Below, one piece after another: positions 37,963 through 52,350 of a DNA stretch of 64,000 nucleotides. How positions within the stretch are numbered: the first letter of the stretch is position 1; each line of letters begins with the position of its first letter. Location of the stretch: positions 35,836,001-35,900,000 of the forward strand of contig NC_043015.1 of NCBI RefSeq assembly GCF_006345805.1. Reading direction: 5' to 3'. The stretch is from Octopus sinensis (Eukaryota). The position numbers were made by a program, and so were the translations under genes. Below the pieces are notes generated by a model, which searched no databases, was not told where the DNA came from, and worked only from the letters and a program-made list of their open reading frames with translations.

Positions 37963-38283
37963 GGAGATGGTCAAAGTTTCACGGTGAAAAGCAGCTTCAC
38001 ATGTGCTTCGGATAACCTGATATACGCACTAAGCTGCTCTGGGTGTCGTGAGCAATGCATAGGCCAAACAAAAAACACTCTACGTCAAACGATGGCTCTG
38101 CACAGATCCCATATCAAAATTCCCCAAAACAGAAAAACGCATCGACATTTGCGCCAGTAACAAAAAATCCAAACCTCAGAATTTCCCCTCTACCAATTCA
38201 GAGACGATACAATCTTGAGCCAACGAATTAGTAAGGAGACTCTCTTTATTACAAAATACAGACCACTTTTGAACGCATCTAAA
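37963..38283 (+). mobile_element. Penelope-like element GIY-YIG endonuclease relic (not in the ORF track)
   Basis: Manual translation: GDGQSFTVKSSFTCASDNLIYALSCSGCREQCIGQTKNTLRQTMALHRSHIKIPQNRK, a frameshift, then HIDICASNKKSKPQNFPLYQFRDDTILSQRISKETLFITKYRPLLN. This is the C.S.NLIY...C..C...YIGQT...L..R...H...E...I....P.LN signature. Confidence 0.85.
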
Positions 38284-38690
38284 ACAAACAACAAATCCAG
38301 CCGGCCTTAGAATAACACAAACACACACGCAAATATTAAAGGTGATACATTCAAGAGATACCCAAGAATTCATTAAAAAACAGTCCCAACCACTGCTATA
38401 ATCCACAACGGGACACTTTTAGGTCACTTGATCACTTAACATCCTACTACTATCATACCAACTGCATTCCCTCATTATATTCCCTCTTCTCTTTCTCCTT
38501 CTTCTTCTTCTTCATCTTCTACCTCTCCGCCACCTCCTTCCTTACTTTACTACTATTGCTGTATACAGCAACACCTACACAAATATAAACAATGCATTCA
38601 AAAGAGATGTCTCAAGAATTCAATCACTACTTTCAGGCCACTTGACCATTTAACATCCTTTCAGGCCACCTGACCATTTAACATCCTTTC

Positions 38691-38796
38691 CTTCTTCTTC
38701 TTCTTCTTCTTCTTCTTCTTCTTCTTCTTCTTCTTCTTCTTCTTCTTCTTCTTCTTCTTCTTCTTCTTCTTCTTCTTCTTCTTCTTCTTCTTCTTC
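38691..38796. repeat. (CTT)n microsatellite
   Basis: Seen directly. Confidence 0.95.
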
Positions 38797-38812
38797 GTAT
38801 CCTCCTCCTGTA

Positions 38813-39318
38813 ATGGATACCTCTTATGTGTTTAAACGTACACTGTATTTTATATGAATAATATATAGTCTATTGACTAATTTTTCTATACGTTAGGCCA
38901 CAAGGAGTAAAAATTGCTAAAAGCTTTATTACTGTTATATTATTAATTACTGATAAATTTTTCTGGAAAATTGTTCGAAGAAATGCTGCTAATTTATTGC
39001 TGCCGACAAAAAACTGCGCTTGCGCGGTGGGTTTGAAAAATTACAGTAATTTGCCTCGTACTTATATGTTTAATGTAGGCGAACCGGTTGATGAAGATTT
39101 CGCCGAGCAAATTATTTTATTTGCTAAAAAATGTCTGAAACCATGGTCCAGGGGAAAGATGGTAAATGTTTTTATTTTTCCTTCCCTTCCAGTTTTTATC
39201 CCTAATCGTGGTTTCGAGTTTAGCTGTTCCCTCTAGCGTGAAAGGAGTCCTATGATGGATACCTCTTACGTTTTTAAATGTACACCGTATTCATATGAAT
39301 AATATATAGTCTTTTGAC
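38813..39318 (+). repeat. ~65-bp direct repeat pair (38813-38877 and 39255-39318)
   Basis: atggatacctctta.gt.tttaaa.gtacac.gtatt..atatgaataatatatagtct.ttgac occurs twice, downstream of the Penelope relic. Confidence 0.75.
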
Positions 39319-39620
39319 CACAGGTAGCTTTCTTTTTTCTCATGTTTGTGTTGTGTGTCTTATTCATTCTGCCACGTTTGCTTTTCTTGTTTTTCCAGTT
39401 CCTGTGGTTATATCAGTGTCGCTCGCTCTATTCTCCACCTCCTCCCCTCCTAATCAACATCATCATCATCGTCGTCGATTTCATTATCATCATCGTACTT
39501 TTTATAGTTATTATCAACCTCATCATTCATTTTTCCTTCTATTTCTAATTCCATTTTTCTCACTTTTTCTCCTCTTCCTCCTCTTCCTCCTTCTTCTCCT
39601 TCCTCACCCATCAGCACCCC

Positions 39621-39673
<53 letters not shown>

Positions 39674-40299
39674 GTGTGTACGTGTGTTTGTGTTTATGTA
39701 TGCAAAACCTCTAAAAAGAGGTTTAAAAAATATGTAGAAATGCACGCGTATAAAATATCATAAGCAATTTATCAGTGAAAACGTAATACAATGGATATTG
39801 ACAGTTTACAATTGTTGTACTTGAAAGAATTAGAGATGGGACCAAATGAATAGCAACTACAATTACAGATAGGAGATAAATACTTCACTGTTTGGAACAA
39901 AGAACCCCACTACTCTGGTTAAAGGCAGCTTCCCTTTCCTGTTTCAAACCACGTCCTTCAAATGTGACCCTGAGTATTTTCTACGTCTGACCGAGGCGTA
40001 AATTGCCCTATGTTTCCATGTTCCCGTGATAGACAGCCAGACTAATAACTGGATAAACAAATATATAGACAGGAATATAGCTAGACAGATAGACAAAGAA
40101 ACAGACAGACAAACACAATGGTTAACAGTTAAGTAGGTAGTTATACAAATAAATAGAGAGATAGATACACAAATAAACAGATAAATAATTCTAAATTTAC
40201 TTTTGTCTGAGTATCATGTGTTTACGTTGTTAAAAGGTGATGTATTTTAAAGTTTTCTGTCCTTCATTGTCGCAAAATATATAATTTGTTCACATCACC

Positions 40300-40500
40300 T
40301 TTCGTCTCCTTGGGGCCAGGATGCTAAGCTAGTTGAAGTACTGTTTGGGTATTTGCGCATCATTTACTTGAAAATAATTGAAAGGTGAAACCTTGATGCC
40401 ATCTGCGTATGACACTATGGTTGGAAGTATAGGAATAATAGATAGGTATTTTAAGAAGTGATATTATCACCAGATGTCACCCGGAGGTAACAACAGATTG
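40300..40500 (-). mobile_element. Very decayed non-LTR reverse transcriptase fragment
   Basis: Minus strand gives VTSG... followed by TIVSYADGIKVS, resembling the VTSGVPQG and YADD RT motifs at roughly the right spacing. Stops are present. Confidence 0.4.
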
Positions 40501-40784
40501 TAAATGCAGCGTTATCGTAGTGTACAAATCTGTGCAATCTAAATAATTGTTCGTTAACCATCACTTTGTGTTCATACCAAAAGAATTGTTCAAGGGAATT
40601 TAGATGCACTTTTGTATTGTTATTTATTATATGTTATTTTTGTAGAAGAATGTATTGTTATTTCTTCACGACCAAAGTCTAAGTAAAAAATACGAAAGTG
40701 TTTAGCTTGACGAATCTTTGGCGAAACTCCAGCTGCAATCGATAAAAGTATATTTTATTTATGTTCTTCAATTGTTAAACCAGT

Positions 40785-41170
40785 CATGCAGCAGATTTCG
40801 TTGACATGCCGAACCAAAAACACTTCGCAATTCTTTTGGCCTTACGTTTCGTGATCAAATTACAGCGGGGTCAACGACGCCTTTTATGCGTTGTGGGTCG
40901 ATCAAATACGCACCAGCTGAGCATCAGGTCAACGTTATTCTACATCCAATAGGGTTACTAAGGTAACCAGCAAAGTATTGGAGCCTACGTAATCGACACA
41001 CTACTCATTTCTAATTGCTGGTCTTGTGTCTAAATAAGAAATATCTCCAACACAACAAAGGCGTATTGGACGTTGTGTAGTATTTAGTTGCGTTTCTGTG
41101 TGTTGAGAGTTCAAATGCGACCAAACTCATAATTTTCTGTCATCATTGGGAAAAATGTTTGATAAAATAA
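40785..41170 (+). mobile_element. Cluster of old family-B SINE copies
   Basis: ggggtcaacgacgccttttatgc...gggtcgatcaaatacgcaccag...gtaatcgac...aattgctggtcttgtgtctaaa, followed by another gagttcaaat... head. Confidence 0.55.
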
Positions 41171-42657
41171 CTGTTGAGCGAAAGATAGAATATTGCGTTG
41201 TTTGTTCCAGTTTCAGGCGCAATGATTGCGAAATCAACTGAGATCAGCCCTGAGTTTTTTCCATTCCTGGGTCCAGAAATAAAATAAAGTCCATTACTAG
41301 AGTCGATCCTTTAGCTCTTTCTCTATCTAAAATTTGGTGACGTTCTGCGTCGTGTAAACGGTTATTGTGGGCAACTAACAGCGCCCCTACTTCGGAAACG
41401 GAAATGCCGAATGGAGATGGACAAGGAACACCTTGTTGCATAACACATTCTTATGACACTGGACCGAACGACGATCAGACATGCAGCGTAGCATGAACTG
41501 GGAATTAAGCAAATTAGATCTAATGAAGGTTTATATCTTACCCACATTTACTCAGACCCACAATTGGAAAGCAAGAAAGGGTTCATTCCTATTCTTATGG
41601 AAAATTATAATTCAAGAAATTTAAAATATAATTTATCAAAAAAATCATTTCACTCACTGTTAATAGAAAAAATAGCTGAAAGTATATTTCTGTCTTTTGT
41701 TGAAAATATGTTTCACACCTTCTTTGTTTTTGTCATTTATTTCATCTCGAAATTTTTTTGTCTATCGTTCTTTCTCTTATGTTTTTTTGTTCTATTCTCT
41801 TTTTTCGTCATTTTTGGTTTTTCGAATTTTCTTCTCACTCTCTATCAGTGAGTCTTTTTTCGTTTCTTGTTCATTTATTATATTTTCTTTTTTTTTTCCC
41901 TCCAGTTTTGCATTCTCCCATATTTTCTGTAAATATTTACGTTTCATCACGTGACTCTGGTACTTTTCAGTTCTTTTTCTTTTCTCCCTTTTACTTCTTT
42001 TTTTTCGAAAAATATTTCTTACTTATCGTTCCTTGCTTGTTATTTCCATCACGCTTTTACAAGTTATATTAAAGAAAAGTTTCTTCTCATTTATTTTGTT
42101 CCTGTACTGAACACGAAGGCATAGATTCACACATAGAAAAACACACTCGCAAGTATATAAACAGGTACTCACACCAAAATATGGTCGTCAAAGCTTTCGC
42201 CTTACAAGAGAATCGGTAAACAACATTGCATAAACAGTTGCAAACTGGTGTCAATATCCGGAATACTTGACTGGATTTTTGAAGAAATTATTTTCAACTG
42301 ACATTAAAAAGAACCAAATGCTAAAATCGAGTGGATGACTCTTCAAAAATACGGGCACGCACAGTGCTGAGAAAAATGGAGAAAAAAAACCACCGCAAAT
42401 TTACTCTGAACAGATTTTGAGAGATTTATGGTTTCACATTAAAAAGCATGACATTGGTAAATAATGCGTGTTTGCTGAACATGCAAGAGATAGTAGCCGG
42501 ATGGCATTTAAATGACATCCATCTTTAACAAAAAGGATGGAGGATATGCTTTATAAAACGTATTTGATTGCGTATAAAGCGCATTTCTTTCCAGAAATGA
42601 CACAAATAATCACGGACATGAAAGAACATGACAACTAAGTAATTTCTATAAATAGCT

Positions 42658-43518
42658 GTTCGATCTGGTAAAATAAACAGCCAACACTCCAAATGTTAAT
42701 ACAAATTATCGTTCTAAATTTTAAATACAACGCTACACATGAAACAAAATGCGATGTCTCTACCCTCATAATAATCTTCGATGCACTAAAACGGCTTTCA
42801 TGACTATGATCTGTGGACATAGGGATCCGTCAAATACACCCATGAGAATTTTATGTTTATCAAATACAGTAACGCTGAAATAGGGATCTCTGTCTACATT
42901 ATATCCGAGAAAATGAAAGACATTAGGATCAAGAATGGCATTATAGTGACAATAGGCGTTCTGAAGAGAAGAGAAGTTGGCAACCATCAACAGCGACAAT
43001 AAAGATAAATGATGGAGCGATGAGCAGAAGGTGATGAACAATGACATCAGCTCAAGAAACCACAACGAAACGTGACCGAGGCTTCGTAAGGCTTCACGTT
43101 GTCTCTTTGATAAAATGAATTACTAAAGTTCAGAATAGGGGGGGGGGCATACTAGGCTTGATATTAGACAAAAAGTAAAGGGCGCTATATACATACATCA
43201 CGATGGAGATTGAAGAGTAGGAGAGGGAGGAGTTATGCAGCTATTTGGTTGTTTCTTTCCTTATCATTTATTTAGTGATGACATACGGTCGACGGTGAAA
43301 TTAATTACAAAATACACGTATCGCACAACACTAGGAGAGAATCCTGCACACTTATGGCGGTCACATGAAATTCGCCTGTGCCAACGACTTATGAATTGAC
43401 TACGGATGGAGATTTATAGAGTCGTTCGATCTGGTAAAATAAACAGTCAACTCTCCTTCAAATATGAACACAAAAACATCGTTCTAAATTTTAATTACAA
43501 CGCTACAAATGAAAAAAA
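42658..43518 (+). repeat. ~95-bp direct repeat pair (42658-42750 and 43424-43518)
   Basis: gttcgatctggtaaaataaacag.caac...atcgttctaaattttaa.tacaacgctaca.atgaaa occurs twice. Confidence 0.75.
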
Positions 43519-43695
43519 AGCATGTGAGACACAGGCAGAACATTTGGATAGCTGTCTCTTTGATGGAGTGTTTCTTGGTGAAAAACAATAGAGACGACGA
43601 TAAGCATTACAGCAGCTCAGATGAAGCGAGAAAAGAAAAACATATTTTATGACAAACGTAGAGTATATTGTATATGAAAGTACATGCTTTCAACC

Positions 43696-44082
<387 letters not shown>

Positions 44083-44701
44083 AACTATTTATCTATTTAA
44101 TCGTCTATCTATCAATCTATCTCTTTACCTATCTGCCTACCTGTCTGTATATCTGTATGTCTGTCCGTCTGTCTCTCTGTCCATCTGTCTGCTGTCTGCC
44201 TGTCTATCTACCTGTCCCCCTCTCTATCGCCCTGTCTCTGCATGGATATCTCAATCAAACGATGCATGTTATTATATGTATTCATGTATCAAGCATAATT
44301 CCCCGCCATTCCTACATTTCTCTAAAATCAACACCACCAGTATCTTCACATTTACCATATTTCTTTGACACTCCTATAGCTTTTCATTGTATCTCATCGT
44401 AATTCATATTTCATGTTACCATTCTTACAACACGCCACCGCCAACTTCCACTCGCCATCGTCATCTTCTATCTGCAGTTCCGCATTTCGTTTTCCTCCAT
44501 TATCTTGTACAAATCTCTCACTATGTCCAACATACACACGTATGAGTGTGTGTATGCATACACGCACATACACGCACACGCACACACCTATATACATATA
44601 TATAAATATATGCGTGTGTGAGTGTAAATAAATATGTATATATATATATACAAGCAAACACATATGTAAATGCATATTACGTATATATGTATATATATAA
44701 T

Positions 44702-44753
<52 letters not shown>

Positions 44754-45500
44754 TGTGTGTCGGTGTTTGCTTAGGTTTCTAGTCGGTTAATCCTTCTATT
44801 TGTTCAACATATTAAATTTATAAATCTTTTTCGATTCTTGTATTCTTTCTCTTCCATACTTACGATACGTTTGTAATTTCCTGGGATACGCAATTCCTCT
44901 CATGTGTATGATTGTTTTCAAACAATTTTACGAAGGAATAATATATCCGGGAGAGAGAGAGAGAAACAAAGAGGCAGACAGAGAGTGACAGAGACAGTGG
45001 GAGATACATAGAGAGATACAGACAAGAGAGTAGGGAAACTCTTCCTCAAAAGAAGATACACACATTACGTGTGTATATATATATATAATGTGTGTATGTA
45101 TATATATATATATATATACACACCCACACACATACATATATATATATTTATATACATGCATATACGCCAACATTTATTTATATATCTAATTACACGCACT
45201 TATACACATGTATATATGTGTGTATGCGTGTATGTATGTATTGAGTAAAGTGAGAGGGTTATACTTCTGAGGGAGAGAAAGCGGGAGGAACATCTATATA
45301 TATGTGTATATATATATGGGGAGAGAGAGAGAGAGAGGGAGAGAAAGATGGAGAGAGAGAGCTGGAGAAAGAGAGAGAGAGTGAGACGAAGCAGAGAAAA
45401 GCAGGCTAACATTCTCAAAGAGATTTAGCAATTCATAGTTGAAACGTTCACAAAAATTAAAAATAACAATAGCAACAAAAACAACGACATCAACGACAAC

Positions 45501-45696
45501 ATGATGATGATGATGATGATGATGATTATGATGACAATGAGAAAAGGGAGGGCAAGGATTAAAAAACAACAACAACAGCATGATAATAATAATAATAATA
45601 CTGATGATAATAACAACAATGAGAAGAAGAAGAAGAAGAAGAAGAAGAAGAGAAGAAGAAGAAGAAGAAGAAGAAGAAGAAGAAGAAGAAGAAGAA
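45501..45696. repeat. (GAT)n, (AAC/AAT)n and (GAA)n trinucleotide cluster
   Basis: Seen directly. Confidence 0.9.
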
Positions 45697-46089
45697 ACGG
45701 AACTTTATAAGAGGAGTAACAAAAACAAGATGTGTGGAATAATCTGGATGGAAGTGTAAATAGATAATGTTAAATAAAATGAAAGCCTCTGTGGGGAAAT
45801 AATATTTGATGCTTGGACAAAGCTAATTCTGCAATTCTTGCCAAACATTGATTCCCGACAGTTGACACGAATACCTGGATGCGGAGTGTGTGTGTGCGTA
45901 CACGTGTGCGTACGTCAGTGTATGTGTGCGTTTGTGTGTAACTGAGTGTGTGTGCGCGCGCATGCGATTGAATGTGTTTGTCTGTAGAAATTGCTTCGTT
46001 GTCATCTTCTGTCATGTCCGTGTTACATTTCTCTCTCTTTCTCTTTCAACCTCATTTTCTCAAGACTCACATTCACATATGCCCACATA

Positions 46090-46136
<47 letters not shown>

Positions 46137-46318
46137 TATATGTATATGCATGCCTATATGCACGTCTGTTACTTTATATATGTATGCTTTATACATGTAG
46201 TATCAGTTTATGCATGTTTGATGCATATTTGTACGTGAGTGTATACGCATAAGATACTGCTTACATAATACACACACGTATATATATACATATATACTTA
46301 CACACAGATATATACATG

Positions 46319-46362
<44 letters not shown>

Positions 46363-46483
46363 AAGAGAAACATGTTAATATTTGTATATGCAATATATAG
46401 ATATTAAATAAATACATATGTATAAATCTATATATATGCACAGTGACACAGATACACACATATATAAATGCATGTGTACATAT

Positions 46484-46544
<61 letters not shown>

Positions 46545-46904
46545 GTATACGTGCATGAATATTTACATATCTATATATGACTATTCACATACGCACATAT
46601 ATATATGAAGACGGAAATCAAGAAAAAAGAGAGGGAGAAAGGAAAGATCCATTCAACGAAATAAAAGTAAATAAAATAAGAACTTAAGCAGTAAAATAAA
46701 TTGAAGCAGAAACAAAACAAACTTGATAATAAAAAACAAAAGAAAGACACAAGAAAAATTGTGAAAGTGAAAGTGGTGAGATTAAGTAACAACACGAATG
46801 CATCGTCTGAAGCAACACACAAACGTGTATTCACACACACAAACTATGTATAGGTGTGTGTTTGAGTGCGTTTGTGGCTGTGTGAGTATGTGTATGCATT
46901 CAAA

Positions 46905-46910
46905 CTATCC

Positions 46911-47002
<92 letters not shown>

Positions 47003-47007
47003 GTCTG

Positions 47008-47073
<66 letters not shown>

Positions 47074-47096
47074 CATCTATCCTCCTACCTATTTGT

Positions 47097-47164
<68 letters not shown>

Positions 47165-47165
47165 T
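46905..47165. repeat. (ATCT)n array
   Basis: Seen directly. Confidence 0.95.
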
Positions 47166-47430
47166 TATATGACATCAGGAGGGGAGAGGGAGAGATTGAG
47201 GGAGAGAGGAGAAGAAAATAAAGAGATTGTCACATTTATTTTAAGATTGATAAACACAAACAACTATGGTGGTGTAGAAAGACGCACAGACTGGCATACT
47301 GAAGTACAGATACCTATGTGTATTGTACACATACATTCACACACACACGCACACAAGCATATATATATTTATATATATGTGCGTATATATACATATTTAT
47401 TTATCTGCACGTACGTACGTGTATATATGT

Positions 47431-47488
<58 letters not shown>

Positions 47489-47905
47489 CATATTCATGTT
47501 AAAACGTCCATTTAAATGCATATATAAATATATGTGTACAACTATATTATATATATATATATACATTTGACTTATATGCATGTGTGCTATTTCATTACGC
47601 ATAACTACAGACAGGAAGATAGAATCTTTAAAGTTTACACTCTTCACATATTATTTTTCGTTTTAAGTTATTCCATAAATACCAATTTTGCACAAAAGTT
47701 TCTATGGAATAACTGGAATGGATATAATAGAAATTTCTCAACATTTCTGCAGCGCCCTCTTGAGATACAAACGCAAGATTTTAGAATATAACACAAATTG
47801 TACCCACGATTTTTCTCCCACTAGGATCGCCATTACTATTTAATGTCTCTCTCCTTTTCTCTCTTCCTGTTTATATGTATGCATATGTTTGTGATTTTAG
47901 TGTGT

Positions 47906-47942
<37 letters not shown>

Positions 47943-48167
47943 TGTGTGTGTCTGTCTGTATTAAGTTGCATTTGTATACGTACGTACAGCTATGAATATG
48001 TTAATTTATGTATACGTTTATCCATCTATGTGTGTGCATGAATTTTTATACGCATAAATATTTAAATATGTACGTGAGTACTCATATGGACTTGCATTCG
48101 TGGACTCATTATAGACATATTATATATTTATATATATAATCTGTCTGTCGTGGACAGACATATTAAT

Positions 48168-48212
<45 letters not shown>

Positions 48213-48292
48213 GCAAACACATGCAGATAGGTATATATGATCTATATAATATATGTATATATTGTTATTTACACACACACACACACACACAC

Positions 48293-48325
<33 letters not shown>

Positions 48326-48556
48326 CTATATATATCATGTATCTCTATCTGCTTATATGCATATATATATATATAATACACCTGTTTATTGTTCACACAA
48401 TTGTCTCCGTCTCTTGATGCTTAGTAAATTCCAACTATATATATAGGTATGTACACACACACACACACACATACACATACACACACACGCAACACACATA
48501 ATATATAATATATATATTTATAATCACAACACATGTTTAATATATATATATTATAG

Positions 48557-48588
<32 letters not shown>

Positions 48589-49051
48589 CAAACTTATTTT
48601 GTGATTGTGTGTGTATATAAAATCACACTACTAGTTTAAGCAGGTCTCAAAAACAAATTCAAGTGGCATAAATTTTAATATCACAGTTTTTCACCCTCAT
48701 GTGACTTATAACAAGAATGCAAAGATTTAGTTTTCGACAATGCTGATGTGCTGAATGTATGAAAGTCTCCAGACGGACCGCTCCACAGTGTGTTGACTGC
48801 CGTCAGGGTACTTCGCCCGTCTTCTTCTTTTGGATTATCAGTATAGCTCAGTTGCTTCTGAAATAGCCCTGCTTTACTTTGACTGTGGGATGGATAGACT
48901 AAATTTCTTATTAGTCGCTTTGAAGGCTTTAATTTACACAATACAGGAAGGAAATATTAAAGCTGCGCTCGTGCATGCACACGCACATTAACATACACAG
49001 AGGCACATTCACACACATATATTTGCATACATATACACAAAAAATAAGATT

Positions 49052-49092
<41 letters not shown>

Positions 49093-49272
49093 ATATATAT
49101 ATGTATGTATGTAGGTATGTATGTATGTGTGTATATAAAGACAAAAATGGGACAAAAACGCAAAATAACCAGACAAACGATACAAGGAAAACAAGAATGG
49201 ATCATTCGGAGTTTTCTATCATATATGTATATATGTATGTGTGTATGTATATATATATATATATATATATAT

Positions 49273-49326
<54 letters not shown>

Positions 49327-50619
49327 GAGACAGACAGAGAGATAGAGAGAGAGAGACAGAGAGAGAGAGAGAGAAAGAGAGACACAGCAGTATGTGACTA
49401 AAAAGTTTCGTGCAGGTAGGACACCTTAATATCAACAAATATTTGCAAAGCAAGCAAAATTTAAAAGGAATATCAAAATTGTTTCTTGGCTTCTATTGAT
49501 GAGCTCAGAGAAAATGTGAAAAGAGTGTTTTAGTATTGTAGCTCGAGAAATCATTTCATCGCATTGTTTTAAATTCTCTCTTCTGTCATTATTTGCCGAT
49601 ATACGTGTATTCGTGCGAGCTGTCTCCGTTTACATTTCATAATAATTATATTCTATACATAAGCAGAAGGAAATGAATATATTAGATATCGATATATATT
49701 TCGTACATTTGTTAGATCATGTGACTATGAATTATGCTTAGATGTTATGTAAATTCCCTGCGAACCTCTCTTTTGAATGTATAGTCTAATTTTAATTTTA
49801 GGATGTACCCAATATTGGTTTCTTACATCATTAAAAGACACACATTTATTAAGAAGGCCTTAATCCATTAATTCCTCTCAATTTGTGGCTCCCAGGATAG
49901 AAGAGGTTGCTGAAGAGTACATTTTATCAGGGCGAGGTTGCGTCCCAAATATCTTTAACATGTCCATATAAATTAATTCTGATTTTGACACAAAGCGATA
50001 GAAAAACAGAAATTTATCGGAGGGATTTATTTCTTTTATTCGAGTTCTGATTCTTAAATAAAGTTCTATCTATGGGAGGATTTCAAGTTAAAGCTGAACC
50101 CAATAAGAATTGGTCACAGGACATAATACTCTGTATTATGAATTCGCACAGGAATTCTAATTAGTGGATGTCACCAACACCTGCGCTTTATATTATTGGC
50201 ATAATTGACTCTCGGGAGTGAGTTTGTCTTTGAACGTAAAGATTCGCAACGAGACTATACGTAGAAATTATTTCAGTTTTCTTCCTCGGCCAGCATTTTT
50301 AAAGGAGTGGGTCAGCCAACGACAGTAACTAATGCATTTGATTGGAATTTAATATCGTTGTCCCTCGAGGGCATGAGAACAAAGATGACATCTGTAGGAA
50401 GTTATTTTTGAACGTAAACATATATACCCTTGTTGCACATAAATATTTCTGATTTACGCACAGTTTCAAGGGGTGGAGAGAGGGATGATTCCATTAACAT
50501 CAATATTTGAATGATATTTTATTTTATGAACGAGTGGATCAGTGACGGAAGACCTCTATGGGATCTGAACACAGAATATAAGAATCTGTATCAAAGCTCT
50601 ACGTAATAATGACTTTAGA

Positions 50620-51690
50620 TTCTGGCACAAGGCCAGCAATTCCGTGAGAAGGAAGTCAAGGTGATGTGAAGGTGTTGCCGATCTAGTTCTGTAGCGCGCC
50701 AAAATATAGCAGCACCCGGATGTGAGTGCTGACAGAGCTAGCAGTGACCTTCATGGGCAGTGGGCCGAGTGACATCGGTGTGTTTACTTCGCAAGTTGTG
50801 ACATTTGTGTTTTAGTGATCACGTGTCGGCTGTAGTCTGCCATCTTGACATGGACAGGAAGCTGGAACCAAGAGCCAACGTGAAATTTTGCATTAAACTT
50901 GGGAAATCTGCAACAAAGACACTGAGCATGCTTCGGTAAATTTACTGTGACGAGGCAATGAGTCGTAGACGAGGGTTCGAGTGACACGGGCGCTTCAAAA
51001 CCGGAAGAACATCCTTGGAGGACAATGAGCGATCCGGAAGACGATGAGTGATCTGGAAGGCCTCCCACGAGAGTCACCTCCAGAAATGTGGAGAGAATTC
51101 ATCAGTTTGTACATGTGGATCGTCGGAGGACAATCAATGAAGTGTTTGAAGTGTTTGAAGACATTCGGGGAAAGCGATCAGATCTGCGGAGCGCGAAGAA
51201 TTAGATACTTAAAAACGACACCTGTCACCCTATCACTGAGACCTCCTCACTTGAGAGTTTCTCGCCATAATCAACATGTTATCGCTTCCTCACCTACCCT
51301 TTGCTCCAGATTTATCACCTGTGGTCTTCCATCTTCCTTAAGATAAAAATGCAGCTCAAAGATCACCGTTTTTACACTGTTGTCGACATTAAGAACAAAC
51401 GCAGAAGGTCATCGCCTTGCTTATGGACAACAACTTCCAGGCCGGATTCCAAAAGTTCGAGGAGAGCTGGTACCATGTATTGTTGCGCAAGGTGACTATT
51501 TCGAAAGAGATTATGTTAAAATACAGGTACGTAAGTTATTTTTTTTTTATTAAACATAACTAGTACGGGAACTTTTGATACCACTTGGTAAGTCGATTGC
51601 ATCGACTCCAATATGTTCAACAGGTACTTATTTTATCGATCCCAAAAGGATGAAAGGTAAACTCAACCTTGACGGAATTTGAACTCAGAA
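50620..51690 (-). mobile_element. Family-B SINE interrupted by the mariner (tail 50620-50655, body 51589-51690)
   Basis: tctggcacaaggccagcaattccgtgagaaggaag | mariner | taagtcgattgcatcgactcca...ggtacttattttatcgatcccaaaaggatgaaagg. The two halves rejoin into the continuous pattern seen at 63108-63230. Confidence 0.75.
50657..51588 (+). mobile_element. Internally deleted mariner transposon (transposase pseudogene)
   Basis: From ATG 50850: MDRKLEPRANVKFCIKLGKSATKTLSMLR*IYCDEAMSRRRGFE*HGRFKTGRTSLEDNERSGR...NVERIHQFVHVDRRRTINE. After a deletion come LPHLPFAPDLSP (YSPDLAP motif), IKMQLKDHRF and QGDYFE. The right TIR ctagtacgggaacttttgataccacttgg|TA has a degenerate left partner caaggtgatgtgaaggtgttgccgatctag. 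Confidence 0.88.
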
Positions 51691-51954
51691 ATATGTTGCC
51701 TGGCATTGGTAACAATTTTAGCCGTATTTCATAAGGATTACTTGGCTTCTGATTTGGTATTGTTGGTGATTAGCCCGGATCAGCCTAAGTCCTGCCTGCC
51801 AATTAGGAAATACATCCTTCCTTCTCAGTGTATTTCGTATTATCTATTATATTCCTGCGAGAGGGGAAAATTTGACTGAAGAGGCATTTGAATACCATTT
51901 CTAGAACGTCTGTAGTCTGAACTAAAGAATTCTGGTATAGGTTCATAATAATTG

Positions 51955-52350
51955 TTTCAAATATTGGCACCGCAAGTTTAGGAGGGAAGAGTTTGTCGAT
52001 TACATCGATTTGACTGGTACTTTATTTTATCAAACTCAAAATGACGGAAAGCTAAGTTGGTCTCAGTGGGATTTCAACTCAGAACGTACAGCAGAAAGAA
52101 AGGCCACTAATCAATTCTGCCAACTTTTATTGTCTCTCTTAATAATCCTTTCTACTATAGGCACAAAATTTGATATTTGGGGTTTGATTGGGACGGTCTC
52201 TTATATCCAACCCAATTCTAAAAACATAACTATTGCATCGACCCCGAAAGATATGAAATCAAAGTCGACTTCGGTGGAATTTCAACTCAGAAGGTAAAGA
52301 CAGTAGGAATGCCGCTAAGCATTTTGCCCAACATGCTGACAATGCTAACA
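51955..52350 (-). mobile_element. Two co-oriented family-B SINE copies
   Basis: gtcgattacatcga...actggtactttattttatc...aactcagaacgta, and aataatcctttctactataggcac...atcgaccccgaaagatatgaaatcaaagtcgacttcggtggaatttcaactcagaagg...gccgctaagcattttgccc. Confidence 0.75.
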
